Shown here: in pieces, positions 1 through 13,395 of the stretch
Numbering within the stretch: position 1 is the first letter of the stretch
Layout: the number at the start of each line of letters is the position of its first letter
NCBI RefSeq assembly: GCF_036321535.1
Contig: NC_087438.1
Location: 6,202,001 to 6,266,000, forward strand
Length of the DNA stretch: 64,000 bases
DNA from: Camelus dromedarius
Lineage: Eukaryota
Direction: 5' to 3'
Translations under genes and position numbers: made by a program
The notes under the pieces: model-generated
What the model was told of the DNA's origin: nothing
The model's database searches: none
The model's input: only the letters and a program-made list of their open reading frames with translations

Positions 1-1926
1 CAAACATGTACCTTCCTTGCTGAAGCAAATAGGAAACTTGGTTTTATATACATATTTGTAGATGTTTCATGGTAACCTCTTCCTCTGACAAATGGATGTC
101 CCACCAAATTCCTGTAAGAGCCTCTGTTGGTATCAGTGCAAGAAACCCGAAGTAACAGGGGAGCTGAGAGAACCCCTTGTTCCTTGACCCCAACTCTCTC
201 ATAGGCCTTTTGAACTGCTGCTCATGAGCCTTTAAACAGTGATGTCAGAGCTGACATGTCTCCTTGAGCGTGTCCTGTTGAATTCATTTTGTTTTTCTAC
301 TATTTGTTTAAAAAAAAACAGGTCTTTGAATAAAGGAATTTGCCCTTTTCTGGAAAGGTGCCGTGTTTGGTAAATAATGCCATAATTCATCTTCTGATTC
401 TTCTACTGCTTGCTTCACTTTTATTTTTTGTTCCTCTTTCTGTACCAAGTCTTGTCTTACGTGTTTCCATTTTGCTCTGTATTATGTCTGTTGTGTGTAT
501 ATGGGATTTCTCCACGAAAGGAGATGGAGAGATGGGCCAAATGAGCCTCCAATCAAGTGAATGCCATGGACCGATGTTTGGAGGTCTGCAAGAATAATAA
601 CCATTTTGTGCAAAAGTCAGCGATGCTTGGGTCCCCTCTCCCCCTGCACCATCAACCAAGTCTGTGTGAAGACAGTCCTCGTCTTATCAAATCCTGAACA
701 AGATGACTTTGCTAACTATATATTCTGAAGTGAGTCCACCAGGTTATGTATCATATGATTTTTTTTTCCCAGCCTGTATTCTTCAAAGACCCAAGACAGC
801 ATTCATTAGCTTAGACTTTGAACAGCCTATAGCCTCATTCTTGTTTGTCATGAGATTTTCTTCATCAAAGCCGCAACTTTCTCCAACGGAAATAATCCTG
901 TGGCTATCCTGATAACTGGCAATAGTTCAGTAAGGAAGACCTAAGATTGCAATAACCGTTATGGAGATGTTTTGATATAAAAAAGATACATTTAAGTGTA
1001 ACTCTAGAAAAGAGATACCAAGTGAAACATAGTATGGTCAGCTTTCTCTGATTGAATGCTGAAGCATCAACAACAACAAAAAGACTCCAGGACAGCCTCC
1101 CTTAAAGATCCTGTAGGGAAACCACGGAAAAAGTTCCCGGCCCCCCAAGCCTCTAAAACCTGTGCTCTTGTCTCTGTCGATATTCGGCTTTGTCTTAGCC
1201 GCTCACTAGTATCACTTCCCTTCTTTCTGCTCCTTCCCCTGACCTTTAAGTACCACATTTTCCTCCAGGTTTGCTGGGTTTTACTTTTAAATAGGAAAAA
1301 AAATTACATTGAACAATTTCCTCTTTAAATTTCTAGATCCATAGAAGATTAATTTAAACCGTCATTTAGAGATGAGGACTTAAAAAGTATCTCCCTAACT
1401 TTTTAAAGTGTTTATATCTGTTTTATGAAGGTAGAAATCAGTGACAGAATTCAGGATTTTGTTAGATAATTATTGTCCTGATCACCATTTCTGTAGCAAC
1501 CAGTTCCTTTTTATTCCTAGGCCCTTAGAAGGGGAAAATGGTTAAAAGCAACACTGTGGGAAATTCCAGGAGAGGATTTAAATAATCTAACTGTATATAA
1601 ATCAGAAAATGGCTTTAAGAGGGAATTAGAAAAAGAAATGTACTATCTAAGGCCATTTCTGAAGTATTTCCTTAGGCTCAGATTGGGCAAAGACTTAAAA
1701 TTACGAACAAAATTAAGATGAATCAAAATATAGGTGGATATCTTTTAAAATAAACCAGAAATAGCTCCAACAATATTCTGGGCTACATAAAGAGTTGAAT
1801 TAAAGAGAGGTTTGTTCCTGTTTAAAGGGGGCTCAGATATTAAAAAGAGGCTTAAAATGAAATTGAAGATTGCCAATTTAGAACATTTTGAATATTTGGA
1901 TGAATATCTTTAAAAGCCCTAGAAAG

Positions 1927-2881
1927 TATTTGCAAATCATTTGACAATATATTAGTATCCAGAATATGTAAGCACGACTAAAATTCAACAACAAAATGAT
2001 GAATTACCCAATTCAAAAATGGGTTGAGTAGACAGTTCTTCAAAGAAGACATACAGATGGCCAATAAGCACATGAAAAACACACTCAGCGTCGCTAACTG
2101 TTAGGGAAATGGGAATCAAACCACGGTAAGACACCACCTCACACTCATAAGGTAGCCATTGTCCAGAATATAGAGAATAACAGTGGCGATGAGGATGTGG
2201 AGAGACGAACGCTTACACGTTGCTGGTGGGAATGTAAAATGATGCAGCCGCTGTGGAAGACAGTATGGAAGCTCCTCAGTAAATTAAATAGAATGACCAT
2301 ACAGTCCAGCAATCCCACTTTTAGTTATACGCCCAAAATTATTGAAATCAGGGACTCAAACAGATAATTGGACACCAGTGTTCACCAGAATTGCTCACGA
2401 TACTAAAAGATAGAAACAACCAAATATTCATTGAGGTACGTCACTGGATAGGCAAAAATGTAGGGTACATACACAATGGACAGTATTCCTCCTTCAAAAG
2501 GAATGAAGTTATGATCCAGTTACAACGTGCATGAAACTTGGAAACATGCTGCTAAGTGAAATAAGCCAGACACAGAAAGATAAATATTGTATGGTTTGAC
2601 TTCATGAGGTGTCTAGAAGAGTCAAATTTGTAAAGACAGAATAGAGTAGTGGTTCCCAGGGACTGGGGGCAGGAAGGACTGGGCAGTTATTCCTTAACAG
2701 GCACAAAAATTCACATAGGGATGGTGAAAAATGTCTTGAGGTGGATAGTGGTGATGGTTGCTCACCAATGTGAATGTTCTTAATGACACTGAATTGAACA
2801 CTCGTAAAGGATGAAACTGGTACATTTTATGTCATGTATATTTTACCACAATTAAAAAGGGAGAGAGAGAGAGAGAAAGAG
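1927..2881 (+). mobile_element. 5'-truncated old L1 (L1MB-like) 3' end with target-site duplication
   Basis: Degenerate ORF2 C-terminal and 3' UTR sequence ending TATATTTTACCACAATTAAAAA, then a (GA)n tail. TSD aaagccctagaaag (1913-1926) / aaagccttagaaag (2882-2895), 13/14 match. Confidence 0.85.
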
Positions 2882-3289
2882 AAAGCCTTAGAAAGCAAAC
2901 AAGCTAGGGAATCAATGCGTAGCATTCTATATAAAAAATCTAGATCCCAAAATAAAAACAGGAACAAAAGTCACTCTGACTTTTAAAAATTCAGGACTCT
3001 TGGAGATATTATAATCACAAGGACACCTGGAAGGACCAGGGTCCCATGTGGTCTAAGAAATAAAGGACAACTTTCCAAAATCTTTCCAAACATGCCAATG
3101 GAAACACCAGCACCACCAGATTCCACTTCGGTATTCCTAAAATCCTGGGTTGAATGGTAAATAAGTGTAAAATAATGGCTCTTTTGTGGACACGAATCCC
3201 TCTGTATCTACCATTTACCTTGGTCAGTGATGGTTTAGAGCATCAATGATTTGCGTGTAGGTCTTAATTTACAAAAGTATTACAGTGAT

Positions 3290-3760
3290 GACATGTAGAG
3301 GTCAGTGACATTGGAAGACAAGTCTAACATCACTCACAGTTCCCCTGGAAATGAGAGGCATGGCATGCCACGCAGGGCCGCGGTGGGAAACCTCGAGGTC
3401 GGTCAGGAGGCAGAAAGGAGAGAAGGGAAGGCAGAGACCAGAGACTTTACTGGGGCTTGCAGGTGAATGACAAGGCAGGGAAGATGGAACAGCTTAGCTT
3501 TTGCTCGTTTTAGTGATTCGGGCCAGTTTGGGGGCACGGGGCTCTCCTTTGGTGTGTGGTTCCTGGCTCTGGCTTGATTTAGGGCAGGAATAAAGGTGTG
3601 AGAGTTAACTAAAGGAGGTGACTGGAGGGACAGGCTCGGGATTGGCTGGGCTCACCCAAGTTTTTCACTATCTTTAGGAATTAGCTAACCGTGGAAGGAC
3701 AGTGTCTCCCCAGCAAGCAAGTCCTCTAAAGACTTCAAAATATCATATGACATAGAAAAT
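3290..3760 (-). mobile_element. Probable solo LTR, ERVL class (MER54/MER74-like)
   Basis: Motifs ACTCACAGTTCCC...GGGCC...GGTCGGTCAGGAGGCAGA resemble this LTR group as recalled. Family and orientation are uncertain. Confidence 0.45.
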
Positions 3761-6700
3761 GACAATGATGAGCATGATCAGATTCTAGAGTCACTCGAGC
3801 GGTGCACATTTCTACCAGTCCCGAGTCTTCCCTCATGACACAAACTGTAGCTGTTATTTTGGGATCATTATCAGAGGAACACAGTGTCCTGTGATGCATA
3901 ACCTCTGCAGAATTTAAAGAGCAGAGATCTGCTCTGAAATAAGAACAACCGATAAAATGTCCTGCAGAAGGACTGATTTTAGAAGTGCCTGAAAGTTCTT
4001 CTATACCTAATCAAATTAAACTAATTTAGACATTCATATAATGACATTGATTCAAAATATAATTTTTAAAAAGTCATATTCCAAGAAACTCTGTAAGCAA
4101 AAGGACTCTTAAGACCTAAACAGTATGATGAGAAAAAGTCCTTAAAATGCCATCATGATTTTTTCTCAGAAAATCATAGCTCTCATTGTATAGCGTATGA
4201 AAGAGGGCACTGTGCTCCAGAGGTGTCAGCAGCACAACGTGGAAATCTCAAGATTGTGATTGTGTTTCTGAGTCTGAGATGCATACACCCCCGTGACAGA
4301 TTCACTGTACATTTTCATACAAAATCCTAGCTTAATATTGTTCCTTTACAAGGTTTTATTTTTTAAATGAAGAAGACAATATCAGGCTTATTCTGCAATA
4401 AAACATCAGACTCAGTCCTGTACCAGATGGTAAATCATCTCAAACGGCTGAATGTGTAGCCATCTCTGGGACACGTTAAATTGCTAACGTGGAAATATAC
4501 ACGTTAATATACACACTCACTATCAATATGCTTTTGACATAGTTCATGATTTCAGGATGCTATGGAAGCAAGAGCATTCTTAGCTTCCTTGGGGACCCCT
4601 GTGAATATGGCCTAAAAGTATAAAAATTACTTGATGTGAAGATATTGTCTCCAAAGGGTAGAAGTCCACAATGAAAAGGAAAAAAAAAAAAAGATAGAGG
4701 AAAAAATTTAGCAGACCTTCATAATAAACACTCTGTTCTGACTGAAGGACTTTTTTTTTAATTGAGTTATAGTCATTTTGAATAAAGGACTTTTGAAAGA
4801 ACAGAAAGATAAGTTCATGGAAAAAACTGTCAAGTTAGAACACTGATCAGAGTCACAGTTTAAAAAGCTCTTCTTTACAACTTTTACAATTTTATACAAC
4901 TGTCTCCCACTGTAGGCTGTGGATATGTCATATTACATTTATTTCCCTAAACAGGCAGAAACAATCCCCCCATTAAAAAAAAAGAAAAAGAAAAAAAAAT
5001 ATTTTGTGCTTTTTAGTTAAGAAGCTATTACTCATCCACCAGTGACAGAGGGAAATACTTTACTGGGAAACTTGTTTGTGTTTTAGTTAAGGCTTTTTCA
5101 GTCATAAAATTATCTGTCCTCATAACCTGTAAGCTTCTACAAAAGCGGAGTGAGCTTCTGTACAAGACCATCAGACCAGGATCCTTTTTACATCCCTCGA
5201 ACCACTGATCATCACATTTTCATTTGCATAACTTTTGGTTATATTTTTGGTCACAATTCTTTGGGCAATATTTTTTATCAGTTTTTATTTTACACTTCTG
5301 ACTTAAATATTAATAACAACTTGCCTAAGTCTATGTTTCACTACAGACAATCACCACCCTAAACTTTAAAATTCAGGTTTCACAACCTGTTGCTAGCGTC
5401 AACAATTTTAAGAATTGTCAGACATGTTATCCCTTGCCAGTTCTCAGGAAACCTCAAACAATGTCCACAATTGCAATCAGTGCTATTAAAATACATCTTT
5501 GTCAAGGATATTCTCATCATTAATTATCCTTAACAAATGGTAGACTGATAAACTTCCCAGGCAGAGTGGCTATAATTTTACACAAAAAATGTAACTCAGT
5601 CTGGTCATGTGACTGGATCTAGATTTTCTACCATACTTTCTCTTTGATGATTGTTCATGGTGCTTCTTTTGCGATACTACTACAAATCGGATCCCTAAAG
5701 AGACTCAAACATTTGAAACCATATATATTACTATAAAATGCTAGAAGGATCAAGTATTTTGGACTATAAAGAATAGAGAATGAGGTAAAGATACGCTGCA
5801 CCTAATTATCCAGTAAAGACCCAAAGGCACATACAGGAATGAAATATTGGTGCACAAACTATAAATCAGACACACCAACCATAAATCAAACTATTAAAGA
5901 AACCTCAGCATGGAGGACACTCAGCCCTTCTGGCTGCAACTTTGATAAAGGACGATCAAAAAGGGAGATTTTGAACAAGAGTTCCCTCACTCTCAGGAAA
6001 ATGTGGATGGTCCTATAGCCGTGCTAACAAGTAACAACAAGAACCAGTTTTAATCACTTCCAATGGATCAATGGCAACTCAGCTCCATGACATCATTTTT
6101 AAAGCCACCCAGCCAGTGGCAGGCCACCCTGCTGGAAGTCCACCTATGGGCAGCATCCGCGTGTCAGCAACCACTGTTTTGAAAGCCAGCCCGTCAGCAC
6201 CATACACACCCTAGTGACGGGGACTGCCCAGGTAACAAAACAAACGCCCCAGCACTTCCACCTGTCAAAGTCCACAGCCTTGTAGCTACGCGCTCCCCAG
6301 AATTCTGTACGAAACGGCCCCCCGATCTGCTTGCAGAGGCTGTTCCTACAAGCATAACTTTCTTTGACAGCAGCATGTAATAAGTTCAGCTTCGCTGGGT
6401 GGTGGCCTCCTTCTTTGATACCCTAATAAACAGACCCATTGATTAATTTAGTTTTGATAGTAAATATTTTGCACTTTTTTTCCTTTTAAATGTGTAGCAA
6501 ATTAATGCAGGAAAGGGTAAGGCACACGTGTGCACACTGGTGGACAGGTCTGTCAGATCTTTCAGATTTCCCCAAGGGAAAATCTTTGGTTATTTGAGAG
6601 AAAAAGCAATTAAAAGATAACAATTTTATAACAGGAAGTTCAGAAGCACTTGCCTGGGTTTCTCTTAAGAGAATCAAAAAAGCAGGTGTTTCTCAGAACA

Positions 6701-9659
6701 GTCCCACCTTCAGGGAGTGTTCAGGTTAATGGGCTGTCAGCCACTAGCTCCTTCTGATGGCTTGTCTTGCTCTGCATCCTGCATCCATATAAGCTTTGTG
6801 AACACGGAACTTATCTAACTTCCTCTATAGCTTCGCCTGAATTCATATGAGGAAGAGCAAATAGTAAAACTTCCATACCAGATCGTAATTACATATTATA
6901 TAGGATCATATCTCCCGACATCTTTTCCTAGAACAACCACCTCTTTGTGACTCTGACGAGAACACGCAGCGCCCAGCCACCCACCCCCATTCTCCCAACA
7001 CACACACATTATAGGCAGATGACTTATTCTAACTCTAACGGATCAGAAAACCCACATGACGTTCTTCTAAAAGAAAGGGAACGAGACATCAAGGGAGAAT
7101 CAACCAGCAGTTTGGTTGAAAGGCTCCCTGACTTTAACCTTTTTTTTTTTTTTTTTTTTGCAGTCGTAGCTCCTTCATAATGTGAAAATACCAAAAGGAA
7201 AAGAGATGATATCATAATAGAAAGTTCATAAAATTTGATTTCTCCCATGGTGGTGGAAGGATTAAGCACCACTCATATGATGCACAAAGTAAAACCCACT
7301 AACGTCAGTGAAAGTAATATGATCATGAATGTAAAACAAAATAGCCTTAAATGTTATTCAAAGTTAATTTCAATTTTAATAATGACCACTTTTCCCTGAT
7401 CTTTAAATGATTCATAATACGATCATGTGTTAGAAGAACCGCTGAGTTGGCGCCTCTTTATGGGCATAAATTAAGAGATAGTAAAAAGCACTTAATAATT
7501 TCAAATGTTTCTTTAATATCCTAGTTAACATTCTTGTTGCTAATGAGCTGGTTTTAAATTGCACTATTCCATTACTCCTTAGAGAATATGCTTAAATATA
7601 GTCTTCCTTCAAACTATATCATAGCAGTTTGTTAATTAAAAATAAAGGATAAGTTATTCCTACAACTATAGATGAGAAAATTCAGAGTTTGAATAGCAGT
7701 AAAAAGATACTACATAATTCCTGGTTTATTGCAGGTTAAATCATGGTTGACAGTGAGTGCAAGACTAAGCAGGACAGAGCCCTTATGATTGATGTGATCA
7801 GTGGGCACCGCTTTCTGAGATAATCAACAATCGCCACTACGTGTAAGTTGTACATTTCAGACACATGGAAGGAACTTGTGGCATCAGTAGTTTTCCCAAG
7901 AGGAAATAACACGTTCAGATGGGATATTGATAATGACATGTGCAAGGTTAAAACAGAACCAAAAAGATGTTTCAGCACCCCAAATTTAGCAACTGTAAAG
8001 CTATGACCAGCAGAGGTGTATGTCGAGGGGGGAGGCAGCTTCCAGAACCCAAAGAGAGAGCCGTGGCTACAGAAAAGGGTGGCCCACAAGAAGCAGTGCC
8101 TTCAGGGAAAGACTATAGCCGCCGTCCACCCACGGTCCAGGAGGCGGGGAACCAGGATGAATATTCAAATTTTCTTTTCCTTCCAAACTGTGATCTTCTT
8201 CCAGTACCCTTCATTGCACAAGTTCAGTTGGAAAGCTGGGGACAAAGAAACCAACTGAAACAGCCCATAAAGGCAAGAACTGAGGAGACAGGAGGAGAAC
8301 AGCTCTGGAGAAGCAAACGGGATTATTTGACATGTTAGCTTTGCTGCTCTCTACCTGCAGAAGAATTCTTCTCCCCTTAAAAGGGCAGCAAGGACATCAC
8401 CTTTCCACAGAGGCTGTCCGCTCTGAGAGGTCAGCTGCTCTCCGAGCCCTTCAGGCTGACTGCACGGTATTGTTTCCTCTCCTGCAGAGTTGCTTGGCGC
8501 AACCTCATCATGAACAGAGACCCTGACTTATTAATCACCGTCTTCCCAGCACCAGGCAGGATACCTGGCATAAAGTGTGTATAAGAAAGGTTCATTGATT
8601 GAATAAATGTATAACCTATTGGCGTAACCAAAATGTTTTAATATTAGTTAATATTATGAAGGGATTTTTCATTAAGTGAGGGAATTATAACTATAGTGAA
8701 ACCTGGTCCTCCCAGATCGGCCACTGGCGCTGTGTTTACTTCAGTAGCAATCTTATTTTTCCCCTAAGGCTGCTTTTACAGAGCTTTCAGAATATTGCAT
8801 TTCCTGATCATTCATTACTACCATGCACCCTCAATCAGAGACACTATCTTAACGAAATTTATCCATAACAGAGAAACACCTAGCTTCGTATTTCCCCCTA
8901 AATCCTGTCCTCAGCCCTGTTTGTCCTTCGATCCTGGTCTGGTGATGCGCCCCCCTGACTCACCTCCAAACACAGAGCGAGCACGTTCAGTGGTCACCAA
9001 GTTCATTTCCGACCAGTCTCTCTGAGTCAAGCTGAGACTAAGGGGAGGTTTCCTAGTAAATTCCCTAAACATTTTAAGAATCCAAGTTCCTCTTCCTCAC
9101 ATTCAACTCTAGGGGTTTTGCCAGCTGAGTTCTGCCCTCCTAGACCAGGTCTCAGGGCTTCTCTTTCCCTTTCTGTGCTTCTTCCAAAGAATCCACTCTG
9201 CGAAAGTCCCTGGAGTCCCTCTCACTACTTGATGTGGCTTTTTTTAAATCAAAATATTTCTTCCAAACAAATGCAGTAGAAAGCTCCGTCCATTGTAATC
9301 ATCAATGGATATTAATTTGCAGAAGAACTAAAAGCCAACATTGATCTAGAGCCAGCTCTCCTTCTAAATGAACTCACTTAATCCTCATTAATGACCTATA
9401 CAATAGGTGCAATTATTAACCCCATTTTAGGGGATGAGAAATGGAATGAAATCAATTAATTCCTCCCATTACAATGACCCGCATGGGCTTGGTCCAGCCT
9501 GAGTAAATCACCAGCCAGAGGGATGGGTGACCGTGTGTGTGTTTTGTCCTAATCAAGACCATTCCAGCTGCCTGATCAGGGATCTCCACGCTGCACTGGA
9601 TGGTGGTGGAGTGTAATTAATGCTGAGGAATAAACAGAAACGTCTCATTTCCAGGAATC

Positions 9660-9850
9660 AGAGCACAGTGGCCAGGAACACCACTGTGGAGCAGACCGGC
9701 CTCGGTGCAGATCCTGGCCCGTCACTCGTTAACCACGTGGCTTCAGGAAAGTTGCTTAACACCTCAGAGCTCCAGTTTTCTCATCTGAGAGGTAGGATAA
9801 TACTGGGACCTACCTCGGTAGGCCTGGTTTAAGGATGCAACGAGCTTGGG
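9660..9850 (+). mobile_element. MIR SINE fragment
   Basis: MIR core-like: gatcctggccc...gaaagttgcttaacacctcagagctccagttttctcatctg...ataatac...cctacctc. Confidence 0.7.
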
Positions 9851-10199
9851 TGGGTTCATGGTGAGAGACAACATACAGGCTGCTACACTGTCATTCCCAG
9901 TGAGATTTTGTGGCCCAAACACATATTGTAACATTTACTGTCTCTGTTTGTGATATGCCAAGGAGACAATATAGCTTCAGGCTAGTAAAAAAGTTCCTCA
10001 AACTTTCGTATTTTAGGCACCAATAATATTTCTCACAGAGAGGGGAAAACTGAAAATAAAGGCTTTGGTCAGCAAGACAGACTGTAAGTTTTAATGCCAT
10101 AAACATGCTTGTAACTCTTAAGCGAACAGTCTTCCCAAATGTGGTCTCATTCGTACTCCCACAGCTAGGAGACAGAAATCACTCCCGTTTTACTTATAT

Positions 10200-12165
10200 A
10201 TTTGTTTTTATTGACGTGTAGTCAGTTTACAATGCTGTGTCAATTTCTGGTGTACAGCACAACGCTTCAGTCATACATGAATATACATACATTCATTTTC
10301 ATGTTCTTTTTCACCATAAGCCACTACAAGACATCTAATATAGTTCCCTGTGCTATATAGTATGAACTTGTTCATCTATTTTATATATACCAGTCAGTCT
10401 GCAAATCTCAAACTCCCAATTTATCGCTTCCCACCCTCTTTCCCCCATCTATGTCTGTGAGACTGTTTCTGTTTTGTGAATAAGTTTATGTCTTTATTTT
10501 TTTAAGATTCCACATATGAGTGATCTCATACGGTATTTTTCTTTCTCTTTCTGGCTTACTTCACTTAGAGTGACATTCTCCAGGTCCATCCATGTTGTTG
10601 CAAATGGCATTATTATTTTCATGGCTGAGTAGTATTCCATCATATAAATATACCACAATTTCTTTATCCAGTTATCTGTTGATGGACATTTAGGCTGTTT
10701 CCATGTCTTGGCTATTGTACATCGTGCTGCTATGAACACTGGGGTGCAGGTATCTTTTTGAATTAAGGTTCCATCTGGATATACGCCCAGGAGTGGGATT
10801 GCTGGATCTATGGTAAGTCTCTTTTTAGTTTTTGAGGAATCTCCATACTGTTTTCCATAATGGCTTCACCAAACTACATTCCCACCAGCAGTGTAGGAGG
10901 GAGGGTTCCCTTTTCTCCACAGCCTCTGCAGCATTTATCATTTGTAGACTTTTGAATGATGGCCATTCTGACTGATGTTAGGTGATATCTCATTGTAGCT
11001 TTGATTTGCATTTCTCTGATAATTAGTGATACTGAGCATTTTTTTCATGTGTCTATTGGCCATTTGTATGTCTTCATTGGAGAATTGCTTGTTCAGGTCT
11101 TCTGGTCATTTTTGAATTGGGATGTTTGTTTTTTTCTTTTTAAGTTGTATGAGCTGTTTATATATTCTGGAAATTAAGCCCTTGTCAGTCTCATCTTTTG
11201 CAAATATTTACTCCCATCCCATAGGTTGTCATTTTGTTTTGCTTATGGTTTCCTTTACTGTGTAAAAGCTTGTAAGTTTAATTAGGTCCCATTTGTTTAT
11301 TTTTGTTTTTATTTCTATTGCTTGAGTAGACTGCCCTAGGAGAACATTGCTGAGATATATGTCAGAGAATGTTTTGCCTGTGTTTTCTTATAGAAGATTA
11401 ATTGTCTTGTCTTATGTTTAAGTCTTTAAATCATTTTGAGTTTATTTTTGTGTATGGTATAAGGGAGTATTCTAACTTCATTGATTTACATGCAGCTGTC
11501 CAGTTTCCCAGCACCATTTGCTGAAGAGACTGTCTTTATTCCATTGTAAGTTCTTGCCTCCTTTGTCAAAGATTACTTGATCAAAAATTTATGAGTTCAT
11601 TTCTAGGCTGTCTATTCTTTTCCATTAATCCATATGCCTGTTTTTGTACCAATACATGCTGTTTTGATTGCTGTAGCTCTGTAGTGTTGTCTGAAGTCTG
11701 CGAAGGTTATTCTTCCAACTTCATTCTTTTTATTCAGTAATGTTCTGGCAGTTCTGGGTCTTTTGTGATTCCATATACATTTTAGGATGATTTGTTCTAG
11801 TTCTGTGAAGAACGTCCTGGGTAATTTGATAAGGATTGCATTAAATCTGTAGATTGGTTTGGGCAGTGTGGCCATTTTAACAATAATAATTTTTCCAATG
11901 CAAGAACATGGGATATCTTTCCATTTCTTTAAGTCCTCTTTAATTTCCTTAGTCAGTGTTTTGTAGTTCTCCACATACAAGTCTTTCACTTCCTTTGTCA
12001 GATTTATTCCTAAGTATTTTATTTTTTTGGATGCAATTTTAAAAGGGATTATTTCTTTACTTTTTTTTCTGATATTTCATTGTTAGTGTAAAGAAACGCC
12101 ACTGGTTTCTGTATGCTGATCTTGTGTCCTGCTGCCTCGCTGAATTCTGTTATCAGCTGTAGTAT
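10200..12165 (-). mobile_element. 5'-truncated L1 (relatively young, lineage-type) with disrupted ORF2
   Basis: ORFs 11612..11989 ([28 protein letters not shown]...) and 10494..10739 (MFIAARCTIAKTWKQPKCPSTDNWIKK...) are L1 ORF2p fragments. 3' UTR and AATAAA near 10205. Confidence 0.93.
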
Positions 12166-12224
12166 TTTGAGAGGATCAGAAACTTCTAATATCAGATAAA
12201 GTACAAAATGGGAGGAAAATCGGG

Positions 12225-12723
12225 TCTATTGGGTTTCTGTTGCTGCTGTGACAAGTAACCAAAAACTTAGTGTCTTAACACAAATTTATTATCTTCAGTT
12301 CTTGACTTTTGACCATAGTCCAAAATGAGCTTCAGGGACTAAAATCAAACTGTCTGTAGGGCTATGTTCCATTTTGGAGGCTCTGGGGAAGAATCTGGTT
12401 ACCTACCTTTTCCAGCTTTCGAGGCTGCCTACATTCCCTGGAGACAAGCCCCTTCCTCCATCTGCAAACCCAGCAACAGCTGATCTTGTCCGTATGACAT
12501 CACAGCCCTCCGTCTCTGACCTTTCTGCCTCCCTCTCCCACTCTCGTGATTACACAGGGCCCATAGGGAGAGTCTCCCCACATCAAGGTCAGCTGACAAA
12601 CAAACTTTAATTCCACCTGCAACCTTAGTTCCCCTTTGCCATACAACATAACCTATTGACAGGCTTTGGGGATTAGGGTGTGCACATCTCAGGGACATGG
12701 GAGTCACTATACTGCCTACCATA
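12225..12723 (-). mobile_element. MaLR solo LTR (MLT1D-like)
   Basis: Minus strand begins TATGGTAGGCAGTATAGTGACTCCC...CCTAATCCCC...ATGGCAAAGGGGAACTAAGGTTGCAGGTGGAATTAA and ends ...TTGTCACAGCAGCAACAGAAAC, typical of MLT1D. Confidence 0.8.
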
Positions 12724-12821
12724 TTTTAATTCTAAACAATACAAACTATTAAATATAATGCTAAGTCAAACCCATTGTGAAGATATTTTGAATTTCCTGT
12801 AATTAAAGAAAGAACAGTGTT

Positions 12822-13395
12822 TTCTATTTACAATAGCCAAGACATATAAGCAACCTAAATGTCCATTTATAGATGACTGGATAAAGAATTTGTGGTATAT
12901 TTATACAATGGAATACTACTCATCCATAGAAAAGAATGGAATAATGCCATTTGCAGCAGCGTAGATGGACCTGGAAATTGTCATACTAAATGAAGTAAGT
13001 CAGATAGAAAAAGAAAAATACCATATGATATCACTTATGTGTGGAGCAAAAAAAATAACACAAATGAATTTTACAAAACAGAGACAGACTCAGACATAGA
13101 GAACAAACTTGTGGTTACCAGGGGAGAAAGCTGGTGGGGGGAAGTATCAACTGGGAGTTTGGGATTTGCAGACACACACTACTGTACATAAAATAGATAA
13201 ACCACAAAGTCCTACTGTACAGCACAGGGAACTACATTCAGTACCTTGTAATAGCCTACAATGAAAAATTATATGAAAAGGAATATATATATATTATATA
13301 TATATACACATACACATATATATGTGTAACTGAATCACTATGCTGTACACCAGAAATTAACACATTGTAAACTGACTATACTTCAATTAAAAAAA
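12822..13395 (+). mobile_element. L1 3' end fragment with internal (TA)n/(CA)n
   Basis: ctatttacaatagccaagaca...aagcaacctaaatgtcca...atgctgtacaccagaaattaacacattgtaaactgactatacttcaattaaaaaaa. Confidence 0.9.
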
